64,000 bases of DNA. Source: Gekko japonicus (Eukaryota). Both the position numbers and the translations under genes were made by a program. Position 1 is the first letter of the stretch. Every line of letters starts with the position of its first letter. Shown one piece after another: positions 36,001-56,671 of the stretch. The stretch spans positions 248,001 to 312,000 of the forward strand of contig NW_015176464.1 of assembly GCF_001447785.1 (NCBI RefSeq). Reading direction: 5' to 3'. The notes under the pieces were generated by a model. It saw only the letters and a list, made by a program, of their open reading frames with translations, was not told the origin of the DNA and ran no database searches.

Positions 36001-39000
36001 ATAAATGACAAGAGTGGGAAAGAGCTAGTTTAAGCATATTCAGTGGGATTTTTTCTAGCATTACACTACAAACTGCTTTTGAAAGTTACATCTGTTTCCA
36101 AACTATCCCCAAACGTACCTGTCGCAGTTACTTAATGGTTGTTTTTGAATGCAGTATGCTGATCTGTTTGTCTCTGAGCACATTTCTGTCAGAAACTATA
36201 AGTGCTGTAAAGCTCTGTCTCTGCTGGTCTCCTCCTCTTGTTCTTGTTTCATTAAATGACCTATCAAAATTTTCAACTGTGGTATTGCAGATAGACTCTT
36301 TATATACGGAACTGTAGATTGACAGCCCTGGATGTAATCCATTCACAGCTGCAATACCTAAAAGTGGATGCACCAAAAAGGTGTAGTCTTGTAACAAGCT
36401 ATTGTAATAAGCCCCAAATAGATTTTCTCAGGCAAAGTAATCTGGTTTTCAGAACAAAATATCTGAACCTCCATTGAAAAAGCTTTCAGAAACATGCCCC
36501 AGAAAGTTAGTCTGACTGAATCCAATAGGACTTACTCCTGAATTAACTGCACAGTTGGATACTACTGTGGTTGACTTCTGTGTTGGGAGGTCTTAATCTA
36601 ATTTTCTCTCTTTCAATGCTTAGCAAAAAAGACCACTCCTCTGTTGAACTTCTTGAAAAACAAGCAGGTGAGTATTCTTCCAGAGCTAGAGATTCTCTTA
36701 CTCTAATATGTGCACGTGTGAGCTGCAGAAAAACTTCTACAAATAATTGGAAGAGAAAGTGCTGGACTTTTCCAGTCTTATTGCAGGCAGAGATATTTTC
36801 CACTTTCTTGGGATAGAACATTAGTACTATTATGTCCACCCCTGTCCTAGTTTAATAGTTCTGGCTGCTCACTTTCATTATTGAAGTTTGGAGTAAATAC
36901 AGTGGTTTTACAAATCTTGTTCAGTACTTTTGTGGATTAGTAACTTTTTCAAGAAGTATCTAATAGTTGCCTTTTTAAAAAAGTAGCCATAATTTTGTAT
37001 TCAGTGTGGGGGGGTGTTCCTAACCCAGGGTTTTCTCTCTCATTTCATTTTTCCATTTCAGAGGCTGAGAGAAGAAAAACGAGAGGAGAGGAGGAGGCGG
37101 GAACTAGAGAGAAAAAGACAAAGGGAAGAGGAGAGGAGGAAATGGAAAGAAGAGGAAAGGAGGAAAAGGAAAGAAGCTGAAAAAACAAAGAAGGTGGAAA
37201 GATGTCCAGAGAAGGAAAGGGACAGATCCAAGGATGAACCAAAGATTAAGGTATCGCTTTGTTCTTGGAGGATAAACACTGCCCTCGTGCACACATTCAT
37301 GAAATGTTGTGACAAGGCAAACAAGTACCTAGAATATGGCTCAGTAGTATTTGCATGCCACTGTTTCATACATATACGCAGTCTTTTAAGATTGCTGCTC
37401 TGTGCATGTTTTCTTGAGAATAAATTCCAAGTGAGCCTGCGGATGACTGCTCCATAATAAAACCATAGTAATGCTGTTGGGCAGCTCTGGTTTATGTCCT
37501 AGCATGGAGATTCTTTTATAAGTGTGATGCAGCGCATGAATTTCCTCATGCATAGATACTGCACTACTGTCCTCTCAGGACATAGCCTGGTTGAAGCCAG
37601 TACTTCCGGTGCAGAGGGTGAAATGACTTGCAGTGCAAACCTTATGCAGAGTTACTCCAGGCTAAGCTAACTGAAATCAACAAGCTTAAAAATGGAGTCA
37701 GTCAGCATAGAATTGCACTCCTTCTCTCCCCAGCCCCACAAAGCTTTCAGTATTTGCTCACATTCATCCCTTGTTTCCCTGCTGTCTCTCTTAAGTTGTC
37801 TCTTCCACTGGTTGAAATCTAGGTTGCAAACTCCCGTGAGTGGAGATTTGTCTCTTGCACTTGCTGATCATATGCTGCTCTCAAAAATGCGATATATGTT
37901 GGTGGCACTGCAAAAGCAAACAGAACATGCCAGTAACATTATAATCAGGAGTGGACAAGATCATCTTTATTTCACTAGCGATTTGTTAGAGTATATAGGA
38001 AATAGAATAAATCCATACAAAACACAGGTAAGTGCTCAACAGCCATGCATAATAGAAATAACTAGTTCTGGTAGTATCCCCTGCTCTTCTTATATTACAT
38101 AATAGACCCCCTCTTTGTAATAATAGACTTGTCCCCCTTAGCACAGGTTAGCATTAGAGTTAATTTAGTAAGGAAAAAAACTAAATTTGTTCTCTTCCTA
38201 GCTACTTAAGAAGCCAGAAAAAGATGAAAGAGACTTTGAAAAAAAGGAAAAGGCCAAGAAACTGGAGAAAGAGAGTCTGAGGGAGGAAAAGGCTGCCAGT
38301 GCAATCAGCAGTGCGCCAGCCAAGCGCTCCGATGGGGAGGTTAAAGAGGAGAAGGCCAAAAAGTTAGTGTTCTCCTTTCAGTACGTATCCTTGTTTAATA
38401 GAATATGCTGGTTAACTAGGTTGTCTTATCCAGGAACTGCTCTTGAATTAAAATCTGCTAGCGTTCCAAATTGGAACTGCGGAAGTAAACACAGAATTTC
38501 TGGCAAATCACAGAACAGTTCACCGTTTGGTCTTTCAAGCAGTTTACAAATGTCTCCAAGTAGGTACTGAATGATGTAACTGAATTAGGGCCTCGTGACT
38601 GTGACAAGCAGGTCTTAGAATTGTGTGTGCCTTATGAGTACATTCATCAAGGTGGTGGGACTGGCTCATCACCCCATGTTGAATGGCAAACCTGGGTTTG
38701 TTGTTGTGTAATGTGTGGAATGATCCTGAGAAATCTTAAATCTATCAGACTGGTCTTTAGTTATCTTGCCTAAATTACAAGGGACAATGTTGTCTTTGGT
38801 TGTGGCTTTCAGTACTGTAACTTGAACTAATACCTAAATTTTGCCTGGGGTTGTCATGATGCTTAGTTATCCGTGCCGATGCTCTCTTGTTTAATTGTCC
38901 AGTACTTTAATTGAACTTCCAAATCTCTCTCTTTAAGCAGATTGGAAGATGATTGTGGCAAAGACTACAGAGAAAGAGAGCGAGAGTATGACCGGGACCG

Positions 39001-39530
39001 AGAGTATGAGAGAATCCAGCGTGAGAGGGACAAGCTTAGGCGCCAGGAAGATGAACGGCGGAGGCAGAAAGAACGCTTTGAGAAAGAGAAGGTTTTCAGA
39101 AGAAAAGAGGAAGACATGAAAAAGGAAAGAGACTGTTTGCGAGAGAAAGGAAAGCGGTCTGAATTGAGTGACTATCTAGGCAATATGGAGAAACCCGAGA
39201 AAGTAACCAAAGAGGATAAAAAAGAAGAAACGGCTAAGAGGGATCGCATTAGAAACAAGGTGCTGACTCTGTGATCTGTTTTCACTATTTGCCAGGCTGT
39301 GCATTTAGCTTTTGTGATAAGTTGTTTAGGGGAAGTGATAAACTGCCACAAACTCATCTGTATTTATTAATATCATACAAGGTCTAAATGTTGATTCATA
39401 ATGCAGCTTACTTCTAGCTAAAGATTAATACATTTGCAGTTAAAGTCCCTTTTTCAGGCAGATTTATTTTAAATTTTAAAAGTGTCATATTATATAAAAC
39501 AACTGGTTTTATTATATAAAACACACACAT

Positions 39531-39569
<39 letters not shown>

Positions 39570-40255
39570 ACATCTGGATTGGCACCTGAGTTGCCAGAAT
39601 ATTTGTGTTTAGGTCCTGCACACTGCATTGTATGCTAGAATACCTGGCTGTGCTATAAAAAGGTCACCTGTTCTTTCTCCAAAGAGTTCAGGGTGAGTCA
39701 CAAGCAATGCTACCTCTAAGCTATGGCGTCTTGTGAGCAAAAATTCTACTTTGTGAGCTACTGGCATTAAAGTTGTGAGCGAGTGATTTGGCTGCTGCAT
39801 AAATTAGTTTGCTCTGGAGCCATCCTTCCTGAGCTAAGACAAAACTCTGTGAGCCGGAGGCTAAAAAACTGTGAGCTAGCTCACACTAACTAAGCTTGGA
39901 GGGAACACTGTCACAAGTGGCTGTCTAATACTCGACTCCCCCCAAGTTAGGCTGAGAGATAGTAAAATAGCCTAAAATGGCCCAGTAAGCCTCAAGGCTA
40001 GGAGAGATCTTGAACTCAGGACTTTCTGACTGAAGTCCAACACTGATCACTGATCTGCATTAAACTGAAAGCAGCTTATCACAACAGAATGTATTGTTAA
40101 TGTTTCAGGATCGCCCAGCCATGCAGCTCTACCAGCCAGGGGCTCGAAGTCGGAGTCGTTTATGTGCATATGATGAGAGCTCTCCAAAGTCGCCTGATCA
40201 AGCAGTGGATAAAAAGCTGGAATGTGAGACGATGAACACAAAAGAGGAAGACTGA
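30098..40255 (+). CDS. UPF3B: Regulator of nonsense transcripts 3B, 10 coding exons, 480 aa
   Basis: Exons 30098-30256, 32290-32396, 32548-32654 (GC donor), 33672-33770, 34352-34462, 36624-36667, 37062-37250, 38202-38362, 38941-39259, 40109-40255. RRM-like domain (KVVIRRLPPSLTKEQL...RAYINFKN), Arg/Glu/Lys-rich middle, EJC-binding motif RIRNKDRPAMQLYQPGARSR. AATAAA at 41055 and 41373. Confidence 0.96.
35362..35810. mobile_element. hAT (Charlie-like) non-autonomous element
   Basis: CAGAGGTGACCGAAC...GTTGGCCACCCCTG; 8-bp TSD GTCTAGGG. Confidence 0.8.
39521..39568. repeat. (AC)n(AT)n microsatellite
   Basis: Directly visible. Confidence 0.9.
39705..39910. mobile_element. ~205-bp hAT MITE
   Basis: TIRs; TSD (G)TCACAAG. 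Confidence 0.85.
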
Positions 40256-41522
40256 TGAGCCGTGGGTTTTTGGACCAACCCAGCAGCCAAAGAGCATGAA
40301 CTGCGCAGTCCAGAAGTGCCTTGGAGGAGGAAGAGGGAAAAGGGGGACAGTACTTTTGGATGTCTCTGGTTTCAAAGCCTCAATGCAGAGTCGAGACTCA
40401 AACTGTATTCTCGAAGTTCATTGTCACGGGCGGGAGGAGGAGATGGTGATTGTGGCAGCGAACTGCAAGGGGGAAGAAAGCTTTCCAATTTCTTAGAAAT
40501 AGGCGTAATTGCCCCCCAGATAAGTCATGTGACTAAGGGTATCCCAACGCCATGCTCTCTTTGAAATAGTAGCCATGTACCAGTATTTGCACTTAAATAC
40601 AGCCATCTTGGACCCTCAGGATTGCTCAAGTGTTAATGCCTTTATCACTGCGCTGTGTGGAATCTGTAACTAACCAGGGTGGGGGAAAGTAGTTCTAGCG
40701 CTGAGAGAGGTTTTTGTCTGTGGAGCTGCTTGCAGCTGATAGCAGAATGTGTTTTTAGATCAGGAGGCCGCTACACTTTGCTTATTTCCCCCCATTACGA
40801 CTATAAAATCTTCACTGAAATGAGAGGATTTTTTGTTCATACCTTGTGTGATATCCAAATACTGATGCAACTTCATTTAGCTGTGTAGTCATTTCCAGCT
40901 TTTCCTCTTTTCCTAGTGCTAGAGGGGAAAACGTTCCATTTCAGTTCTTCATTGTCTCTCCTGAGGCATTAGAGTGTCTTGCAACCCAGGAAGAACTTTT
41001 ACTAAGAGTTGCAGCTCCTCCTTATTGCTAACACAACACAGCTATTTTGTACTTAATAAAACTCTTGAGAGATACCATTTAAAACTTGCTTAAATTATTT
41101 CTGGCATGTTTGAATGTGCACGTAGTTTCCAGTTTGCCTTCTGATGTGGTCTTCTGAATTGCTCGTGATGCCATCCAAAGGTGCCTTTAAGTGGATGTTC
41201 CTGATCCTTTTCCAGCTTGGTAGTGCATTTAAGTCTATATCCTGCCTTCTGACTGTGCTAGTGCACTACTGAAGTCAGATATTTACACTACACCCCCGGT
41301 ACATTACTTTGACACCAAAAGTCATAGCCCTAATGTTTTCTTACAGAATGCAGTACACAGGTGTGTCAAAATAATAAATGTATATATCAATTGACTTTTT
41401 GCAGCTGTTTAGTGGTAGCCGTATTGTAATGCCAGGGCTGGTGTAGCACACTAGCTAAGCATGGGACCTCTGCCTTTAGAATTCATTGCTTCAAAAGTCA
41501 GCTCTGCCATGAACTCATCATA

Positions 41523-41752
41523 AGAAGAAGAGTTAGTTTTTGTACCCTGCTTTTTTCTACTGTAAGGAGTCTCAAAGTGGCTTTCAATCTCCTTCACTTC
41601 CTCTCCCTACAACAGGCACCTTGTGAGCTAAGTGGGGCTGAGAGAATTTTGAGAGAACTGTAACTGGCCCAAGGACACCCAGCAGGCTTCATGTGGAGGA
41701 ATGGTGAAGCAAACCCCGTTCTTCAGATCAGAGATCACTACAACACACTGGC
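41523..41752 (-). mobile_element. Diverged Squam3-like SINE
   Basis: Similar to the other copies in reverse orientation. Confidence 0.65.
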
Positions 41753-43249
41753 TATCACACCAGCTTAGGTAGCTAGAAACCAGTATACTCTCAGGTGAAT
41801 TCAGTCTTCCATTCCAATGTAAAGGTAATAGAAACTGCTGACCTTTACAGATCTGTCTCTCAGGACGTGAAAACTAGAAGCAGCTTAGAACACAAAAGAG
41901 TACCACACAAATAGTTTACAGTATTAGTAAGATCTGCCTTGTCCCATGCACAAATGAGGCAGATCACACTTGACCTGCAGACTGGGAGAAGTGCTATGAT
42001 ATCTATGTGCCTGCTGTAAGGCACATCTATGAAAGGCCCATGCTCAGCCCTGTTCTCGGCCTGTGTCTTCTTGCCTCCATACAGTTTACATACTGCTGCT
42101 GAGTTTTGGGGCTTTTATATCCAACAATAAAGTTACAGCAGGTTGATGTGTTAGGCTGATGTATCAGAGCATGTACGCATTTAGAATCCTAGCCAAATTT
42201 GTTTTCTATCCTGTAACCTACTGGAATTATATTCTTTGGTTTACTTCTTATTTAAATTTTAAAAAATTAAAAAATTGCTTTCTATATGGTTGCCAACCTC
42301 CAGGTAGTGGCTGCAGATCTCCCGCTATTACAGCAGATTTTCAGACAACCGATCAGCTCACCTGGAGAAAACAGCTGCTTTGGAAGATGGTCTCTATGGC
42401 AGTACACCCCATTGAAGTCCCTCCCCTCCAAACCCTGTCCTGAGGCTCCACCCCCAAAAACTCCAGATAGTTCCCAACCCAGAGCCGGCTACCCTACTTT
42501 CTTAAAACAAGCAGGGTTTAATTTTTAAAATGGGTGCTGCTGCTCTATCCCATAATTCTTGTGACTAAAGGGTTGTGCCCCACCCAAAAAATTGTATTTA
42601 TTAGAGCTTCAATAATATGGCTTGAGCCCTGGTACAAATTGAGTTCCAGTCAAAAGTGCTAATACACTGTGTGTATGAACTCCAACTTCAGAGCACCTTC
42701 AGTCCCTGGGTCTCATTGCTGGGGAGACATTTGGCTAAACTGCTGCATTTGCTATTAATTAAGGGGAAATGCCATTGTTTTTTCTTTTGTCCTCGCAACC
42801 TGAAAGCTTGTTTTGTACCCAGCACCAACTGATCTAATTCACTTTTGTCTGCAGCATGGCCTCTTTTCCACTTTAAGGCTACAATTACAGACGTTGCCAC
42901 TGTGCCTTCAAACGAACTTATTATTCCTTCCCCCTCTTCTTTTTTTTTGTACTGACCATCCAGCCTCATGGAGAATTCTACAGAACTCAAAAGCTTGCAG
43001 ACTATTTTGTGGTACTTTGGTTGGTCCAGTAAAAAGTATTTACTCCACTTCTGTTCTCGAAATTTGTCAACAAACAAGCGACTTGTGACTTTCAATCATA
43101 ATACAAATTCATTTACATGTGAGGGTGCCCAAAAGTATAAAATAGAAAGCGGCCAAATGTATTGTGGTAAGGTTTATAAGACCTATTAAAATCAGAACAA
43201 TATTTTATCCCCGCCTTAATCGTAGTGGAAAAGTTCTGCAGAATAGACC

Positions 43250-43466
43250 TCGAACAGATGACGTCAAAGGAGAAAAGGCACGCCTTTATGGGATACGTGT
43301 TTCGCCAGGCGTAGAAATGTTCCTTGAGTAACACCAGGGGTCGCTGTAGCTGAGGAAACTCTAGCCCGCTTTTTCCTGTCTTTTCTCTCCTCCGTCACTT
43401 GATGCTCCGCCTTTCCTTTCTCTCTTCCGCTGCGACATTGTGGTGAGCGGCTGTGAGGTCTTGGCC
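43250..43466 (+). promoter_or_regulatory. RPL39 promoter and 5' TOP start region
   Basis: CRE TGACGTCA at 43259-43266; pyrimidine tract CTTTCCTTTCTCTCTTCC at 43411-43428 upstream of the ATG, typical of ribosomal protein TOP mRNAs; CpG-rich. Confidence 0.7.
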
Positions 43467-50636
<7,170 letters not shown>

Positions 50637-51566
50637 AGAGAAGCCGCTCCAACCCTTGTGGCGCGTCTTGTCCTGCGTCGAGACCTCAAATGGCCCTTTG
50701 CTACCAACGTACCACAGCCCCGTTTTCAAAGCCGACTCACCTTGTGCATATTTTCTTTTATAAACCTTTATTTTCACAAGGGGTTTTTTTTTTTGAAAAG
50801 AATTAAAACCGAATAATGGAAAGCTTTGTGTACAATTAGTGTCTTTTTAGTTCTCAGTGCCTCTGTGTTGGAGGAATTCTTGTTGCTGGTTGAGAGAGGT
50901 TCATTAATAAATATGAGGTTGCACAGAATCCCGCGAATTAGCAATTTATGGTTGGATTTACTGTTTACACTTGCTGCATACGGGGGAGTTGGCAACAGCA
51001 CAAAAGGCTAATGGCTGTGAAATTGGCACCTATTGGAGGGAGGCTGGAAACTTCCTGCTGTGTCTTAGTAAGTGAATAGCTTGAAACAAGCAGCGGACAG
51101 TCCTCCGTGAGAAACATATTTCTCAGGGACTGGAAATGCTGTTCAACTGGCTACAGAAGGCCCAAGCAGGCTCCGGGGAGAGGAAAATGGAAAGGAATGA
51201 GACAAAAAGAGAGAGCATGGCTTAGCGGAACCCATGAAGAAGTGAGTCCTAGGGGCTTGCTTTGTTAGGGGAAAAATGTAATTCAGTAAGCATGACCACT
51301 CTGGAATTCTTAAGAGGCTCAAAAAGCTCTTTTTCTTGGCAAGACTTGTTGGAACGATGCTTAACTTACTGTGTTAGAAGAGGAAAGCGTAGCCAATTTT
51401 TTTTGTATCCATTTCACCCAGGTTGGGGAGAATCACATTGAAGAATAATAGCAGATAAAGACGGGACTTGCATAAATTGGTGTAAAATACAAACTGACAG
51501 GAAAACAAAACTTCACCCCTTGTTGCAGGAGAGGCGGTGTTTGCAAGGCTCTGTCTGTAGAGCTTA

Positions 51567-52254
51567 GGCTGCGGTCACACGGAGCATTAGCCACGCTACA
51601 GAGGCGGAAGATAGGCGGATTTTTTAGGTGCGATCACACCGCAACATCTGGAAAGCGTAGTGCTCCCAAGGCTTCCCGCCGAAGATGCGGCTTAAAAAAC
51701 TAGTACCTCTGAGGTACTAGTTTCCGGAAACTGCGGGGCAAGGGCGGGCGTCTGATCGCGTTTTTGGTGGTAGGTTGTGGCATCAGGCGCCCGCCCATGT
51801 CCCGTCGCGAAAAGGTTTTTTTGTTCAAGTCTCCACGGGATGCGCACAAGCACCCAACGGCGCATGCGCACACTTCGTTTACAAACAAACAACACGGCCC
51901 CCTCCTCTTTTCCGTACCCCCCCCCCACTCCTGGCTCGGCCTGCTCTCTCTGCACCGGGCGGCAGGGGGTGTGTGGTGGGAGGGTGGCCCGGCTGCAGCT
52001 CCTCCTGGAGGGACGGAGGACACAGTTTGCATTCCTCTGCAGCCCTGGAAGGGGTTAAACCCGCAGAGCCTTTTGCTAGAGAGGCCGCTTCTTTGCCGCG
52101 CCGCAGGATTGTCCTGTGATCGGCACCTCCCCCCTAACCACGGGACCTCGACTGGACGTCTGATCTTGCAGCTGCGCGTTATTTTGCTCCAGGGCAAACA
52201 GCCACGCTTCCCCCACCCACCCACCCGCATTTTCTGGCCCATGTGACCGGGGCC
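51567..52254. mobile_element. CpG-rich PIF/Harbinger-type MITE, same family as 45964-46492
   Basis: Same TIRs and shared internal sequence; 3-bp TSD TTA. Confidence 0.75.
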
Positions 52255-53536
52255 TTAATTTGGCATTTCCAGACAGTGGAGACCTGCAAGATCACTGAAT
52301 CTTCACTCACTACTCAAGAAGTCATCTCTAGAGTTCCAGGTATTTCCAGTTCATCACACTATTCTAGCTTGGTGGCCTTCTTGGTGTTAACGGCGGTGTG
52401 CAGATCCTTCTAATCAAGTCCGAGGACCTGAAAATACTACATCTTATTTTAGTCACTTAAGAACTCCCAAAAATAACATTGTGGGACATTTAACATAGTT
52501 AAAGGTGGATTACTTTTGTGAGTGTATAGTAAAAGTAGTAGTGAAAACTACCTTTATGGTACAGTCTGTCTAATGCTAGATGTAAGTTGGCATCTTTAAA
52601 TTCTCTTTCAGAAACTGGCTTTTCCCCCCAGTTAGGCATTTGGGACTGGCAGGAAATGAAAGAAAGAGCTAACCGAACTGGGGAAGTTCCTAGTAAAGCA
52701 ATAATTTGGTACCCTGCTATTGTGTAGGGTAAGCAGCAGAGATCGTGCTGTTGTACAATAAAATAGTTTCCTGGTTTCTGTGGAAATTGCAATGGATGCA
52801 TAGTTTAAAATGCCAGGGGATTAACTGCCTCGAGCAGGCAAGACCAGCATCGAAGTGAAGGAGCAAAGAGCAGGAGGCAGCACGGAGCACTTGCAAAAGT
52901 TAAACTGGATGGACCCTGTGTCCTTAACAAAATACTGCAACTTCTGCCAGAGACATTCCAGTCAGCTGCTCATATACCTTTCAAATTGTGACAAAATCAG
53001 CCCCAAACTAGTGAAATGCAAGGGACTGGAAGGCATGCCTTGGAATGAACCCATTTGTGGAATACACCTGTCCCTTCAAGCGATGCAGTTCACTGGCACG
53101 TCCATACCACTTTTAAGTCATCAGGCATAGCTTGCAACTAAGAAACCTAGCCACTGTTTTGCAAATTTTCTAGCAATCCTCCAAGAAGTCTTAGCAGCCA
53201 CGTAAAATATTTGCCAGTTTGTCTGGGGGGAGTTCTGGTTACCCCATATAACTGGCAGCAGCCAACACAAGATCAGAGCCCTTGGAACATTTAAAGAAGA
53301 CTTCATGCATGATGCTGAGGTTTTTTCCTGTGACAAACATGAAGTATGCACTGCTAATTCTGCAGTGTGTGATCCAGGTGAATTCAGCGGGTGTTCACAG
53401 TTCTTAAGCAGTAATTTTAACCCCTTTAATGCTTATACTGCTGTTGTAGTGCCATTAGGATGATAAGTGTAGGTGTGTCACTGGCCCCTATTGGCTTGTA
53501 ACCATAGTGTTACTTTTCAAGGGTACAACTCCTGAC

Positions 53537-53736
53537 CAGTGTTCCCTCTAAGGTGAGTTAGTGTGAGCTAGCTCGCAGTTTTTTAGCCTCCGGCTCACAC
53601 ATTTTTGTCTTGACACAGGAAGGATGGGGCTCCAGAGCAAACTGATTTATGCAGTGGCCAAATCGCTCGCTCACAACTTTAATGCCAGCAGCTCACAAAG
53701 TAGAATTTTTGCTCACAAGACTTAGAGGGAGCGTTG
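53537..53736. mobile_element. ~200-bp hAT MITE
   Basis: TIRs; 8-bp TSD CTCCTGAC. Confidence 0.88.
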
Positions 53737-53824
53737 CTCCTGACCCTGTGAAAACTGTTCTTTTGTTGAATGTTTATGTCTTGTTATTTTAAAATTCTGT
53801 TTTAAAGCGTAGCAGCCTTGCTAG

Positions 53825-54085
53825 GAGCCAGTTTGGTGGTGGTTAAGTGCGTGGACTCTAATCTGGGAGAACCGGGTTTGATTCCCCACTCCCACTTGCA
53901 GCTGCTGGATGACCTTGAGCAAGCCATAGTTCTGTCAGAGCTGTTCTCTCAAGGACTTCTGGAAAGAGCTCTCTCAGCCCCACCTACCTCACAAGGTGTC
54001 TGTTGTGGGGAGGGGAAAGGAGTTTGTAAGTCACTCTTGAGACTCTTGAGTGAAGGGCAAGGTATAAATCCAATCTCTTCTTCTT
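53825..54085 (+). mobile_element. Squam3-like SINE
   Basis: Same head, body and tail as other copies. Confidence 0.85.
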
Positions 54086-54983
54086 GCAGAATGGGAACAT
54101 TCTCATCTACAGTTTAAGGGGGAAAATATTTACGAAGGGCTATCCTCTTACTCCTAGCAAATACATTTTCATTTTAGAACCCATCTCCTGCCTCGTTTTC
54201 ATTTAAGCTGTGAATTCCCCCTCTCCAGTGTTGGAGTGTGCGTGGTCCCTGTTTTTAAAACAGAAATGTCACAGCGCTTTGATAGCAGCTCTATAAACCC
54301 ACCTACAGTAGATGGGATCCTGGAACACACACAATACTCGGGGTTAATCTGCTTTTTGTTCTTTATTTGAGAATGCTCTGATAGTTGAAAATTTGCATCC
54401 GCACGCACTTTTAGGCATGCAAATCTGTTGAATTTCTGATTACAAAGATACTTTTCAATACGTGTAGAGGATGCCTATGGGAAGCCTTTTAGCAGAAGGG
54501 GTGCCTGCCCCAGATCCCCAGGGGCTTAGGCGTGGGGGTTTTCTGCTCAGCATTGCTCCTTGCCATACCTAAAGCCAGAATAAATTAGGCAAAATGAAAA
54601 CCTATACACATTCGTAAAATTTGCTTACCCAGGTTGCGGAATTTCTCTTTTCCTGGCTCAGTACTTAGAGGTTAGTTGGTCTTTAAAATTTTCTACCCAC
54701 AAGTCTTTCCTATGGATGGTCTTTAGCAGAGTGCAGGATGGCCCCTCTAGATCTGGTACTACCACTCGCTCCCTCATTTTCTTCAAGACCTTGGACGTCT
54801 CATACCTAAGGCCGAACTGCAAGTCTGGGCAGGTTGCCTGAGGCCAGCATCTTACAGATAACCTCTGTGGGTCCTCACCTACCTCCCAGGCTTCCTCCCG
54901 CAGCATCCCCACCCTTTCACGATGGCTTCTGTCAAAATCTGCCCAGTCAACAGACCCAAGTGCCTCTGCTGCTGAGCAAATGT

Positions 54984-56036
54984 CTACCGGTCTTGGAAGA
55001 ATGCAATGGCTTGCCGGAACAAGTTCCTTAAAGAGGTCAGTCTGGTGATGGGCCTGCGGCTGTTCTCTTCCCCTTGAACACCCTCGCCGGCTCCTTTGAA
55101 CCCGTTGCTCCTACCGCGTCTGGATGACACACAGTTGTTGTTGGTGTTGAACGCTCCTTGCAGGGCCAAGTCTTCCTCGCAAGCCCCCAAAAGCTCCTTC
55201 AACTCTCTTGGAGCGTCTGCTCGGAGGTATTGCCATGCTTGGCGGCCATTGTGGTCCCGAAGGCTTGTGTTGGCCCCGTAGGCCCCCACCAGCACCTTGA
55301 TGACCATCTCGTGTCCCTGAAGAGCAGCCAGGTGGAGAGGAGTCAGCCTGCCGCTAGCTGAGAATACGTTGACGTCTACCGGGTAATGCTGCTTCTCGGC
55401 AAAAGTGATGACTTCTATCAAGTCCTCATGATGACCGTGCTTGGCCAACCAGTGGAGGACGGTGAAACCGGTCACAAAATCTGTGCTGGAGAGCAGGCTG
55501 GGATCCTGGTCCAGCAACCGGAGGATACTCCCCGCATCCCCTTGGGCCACGGTCAGCATCCACTCGTGCTCCAGCGGGTCTAGAGCTAACGACAAGTCCT
55601 CCAAGTTGGCTTCCAGAAGAGGATCCTGGCCTTGCCGCCCATCGGGGACGCTGCTGGCATTGGCCTCTCCCTTCGACAAAGCCGCCAGCCACACGGGCTT
55701 GGCCTCGCTGCTCTGCAGGAGGATCTCCTTCAGTCCTTTCCTCCTCGTGCTGCCTCCGCCCACAGAGAGCCTGGCCGTGTCCGTTCCTGTCGCCCAGTTA
55801 TGTGAACGTCTGCTGGCCCTGCTCAGGCTCCTGTTGGACAGCTGTGCCCGGCGGAGAATCAAGCTCCCGGCCCGGACACTGGGGCTGGGGGACTGGCTGC
55901 CCGGCACAGCCGCCTGCAGGCGAGGTTGGGAGGTGTCCTCTGGCACACCTGTCCTCTGGCACTCCCGGGATGCCTGCTGTCTATCCAAGCACTCGTCCCT
56001 TTGCCGCTCTGAGACGCTCTCTCCACCAAGCTCCAT
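54984..56036 (-). CDS. SOWAHD: Sosondowah ankyrin repeat domain family member D, single coding exon, 350 aa
   Basis: Intact ORF with the SOWAH signature LDPLEHEWML...DFVTGFTVLHWLAKHG...LTPLHLAALQGHEMVIKVLVGAYGA...RDHNGRQAWQYL; next to RPL39 and convergent with it, as in human. Confidence 0.92.
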   Translation of the reverse strand: MELGGESVSERQRDECLDRQQASRECQRTGVPEDTSQPRLQAAVPGSQSPSPSVRAGSLILRRAQLSNRSLSRASRRSHNWATGTDTARLSVGGGSTRRKGLKEILLQSSEAKPVWLAALSKGEANASSVPDGRQGQDPLLEANLEDLSLALDPLEHEWMLTVAQGDAGSILRLLDQDPSLLSSTDFVTGFTVLHWLAKHGHHEDLIEVITFAEKQHYPVDVNVFSASGRLTPLHLAALQGHEMVIKVLVGAYGANTSLRDHNGRQAWQYLRADAPRELKELLGACEEDLALQGAFNTNNNCVSSRRGRSNGFKGAGEGVQGEENSRRPITRLTSLRNLFRQAIAFFQDR

Positions 56037-56671
56037 TATCCCTCCAGAGTTTTCTGCATTTCTGGTGACGTTACCAGTTGGGTTTTATTTTTATAAAGCC
56101 ACAGGCGCGCCGCTTTCCGGCTAGTGAGATGGGCGCTCCCGAGCTTTCGACAGCAGCAGAGCTTCCTGATTTGGTCTGCAAAGGAGAAGAAACAGTTTCG
56201 GTACTCAGGAGGAAGAAAAGGCTTGTGGTGAAATGGGCTGCGCAGCAGGCAGCAACCACGCCTGGCCTGCAGGGGAGCAGACTGAAACTCCATGGCGGGA
56301 CACAATGGCTTTTGATAAGGGGGGGCTTGCAAGGACCCCTTGCTCAGAGCTGGGTGTTATGACCCTGCCTGTAAATTTCTCCGCCTCCCAGCCCTTGCCA
56401 AATATGTTTTCCAAATACAGCCCCGTCTAACGCCTGAGTGGAAATGAATTCTGGCTGAGGCCAAAGCCCTTTCCCCCGGGACTTCACACTCACCCGGCGT
56501 CTCCTTTAAACTGGGCTCCTACCTATGAAAGGCAGCTGTAGGGCACAGGCAGCATGGGTGGGAGCTCAGTTCGAACACGAACCGGGGGCCTGCACAAAGT
56601 TCCACAGAAGAATGTTGTTACCTTGTCTTCCCTCAGATAACTTTGGAAGCCAGGACAGAAGCATGTTTTAA

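Noticed and set aside
51692-52246. Several 90-180 aa ORFs (also 45890-46506 and 47227-47838)
   Set aside because: Confined to GC-rich MITEs; no transposase or other motif.
55441-56124. 227-aa plus-strand ORF
   Set aside because: Antisense shadow of the SOWAHD coding sequence.
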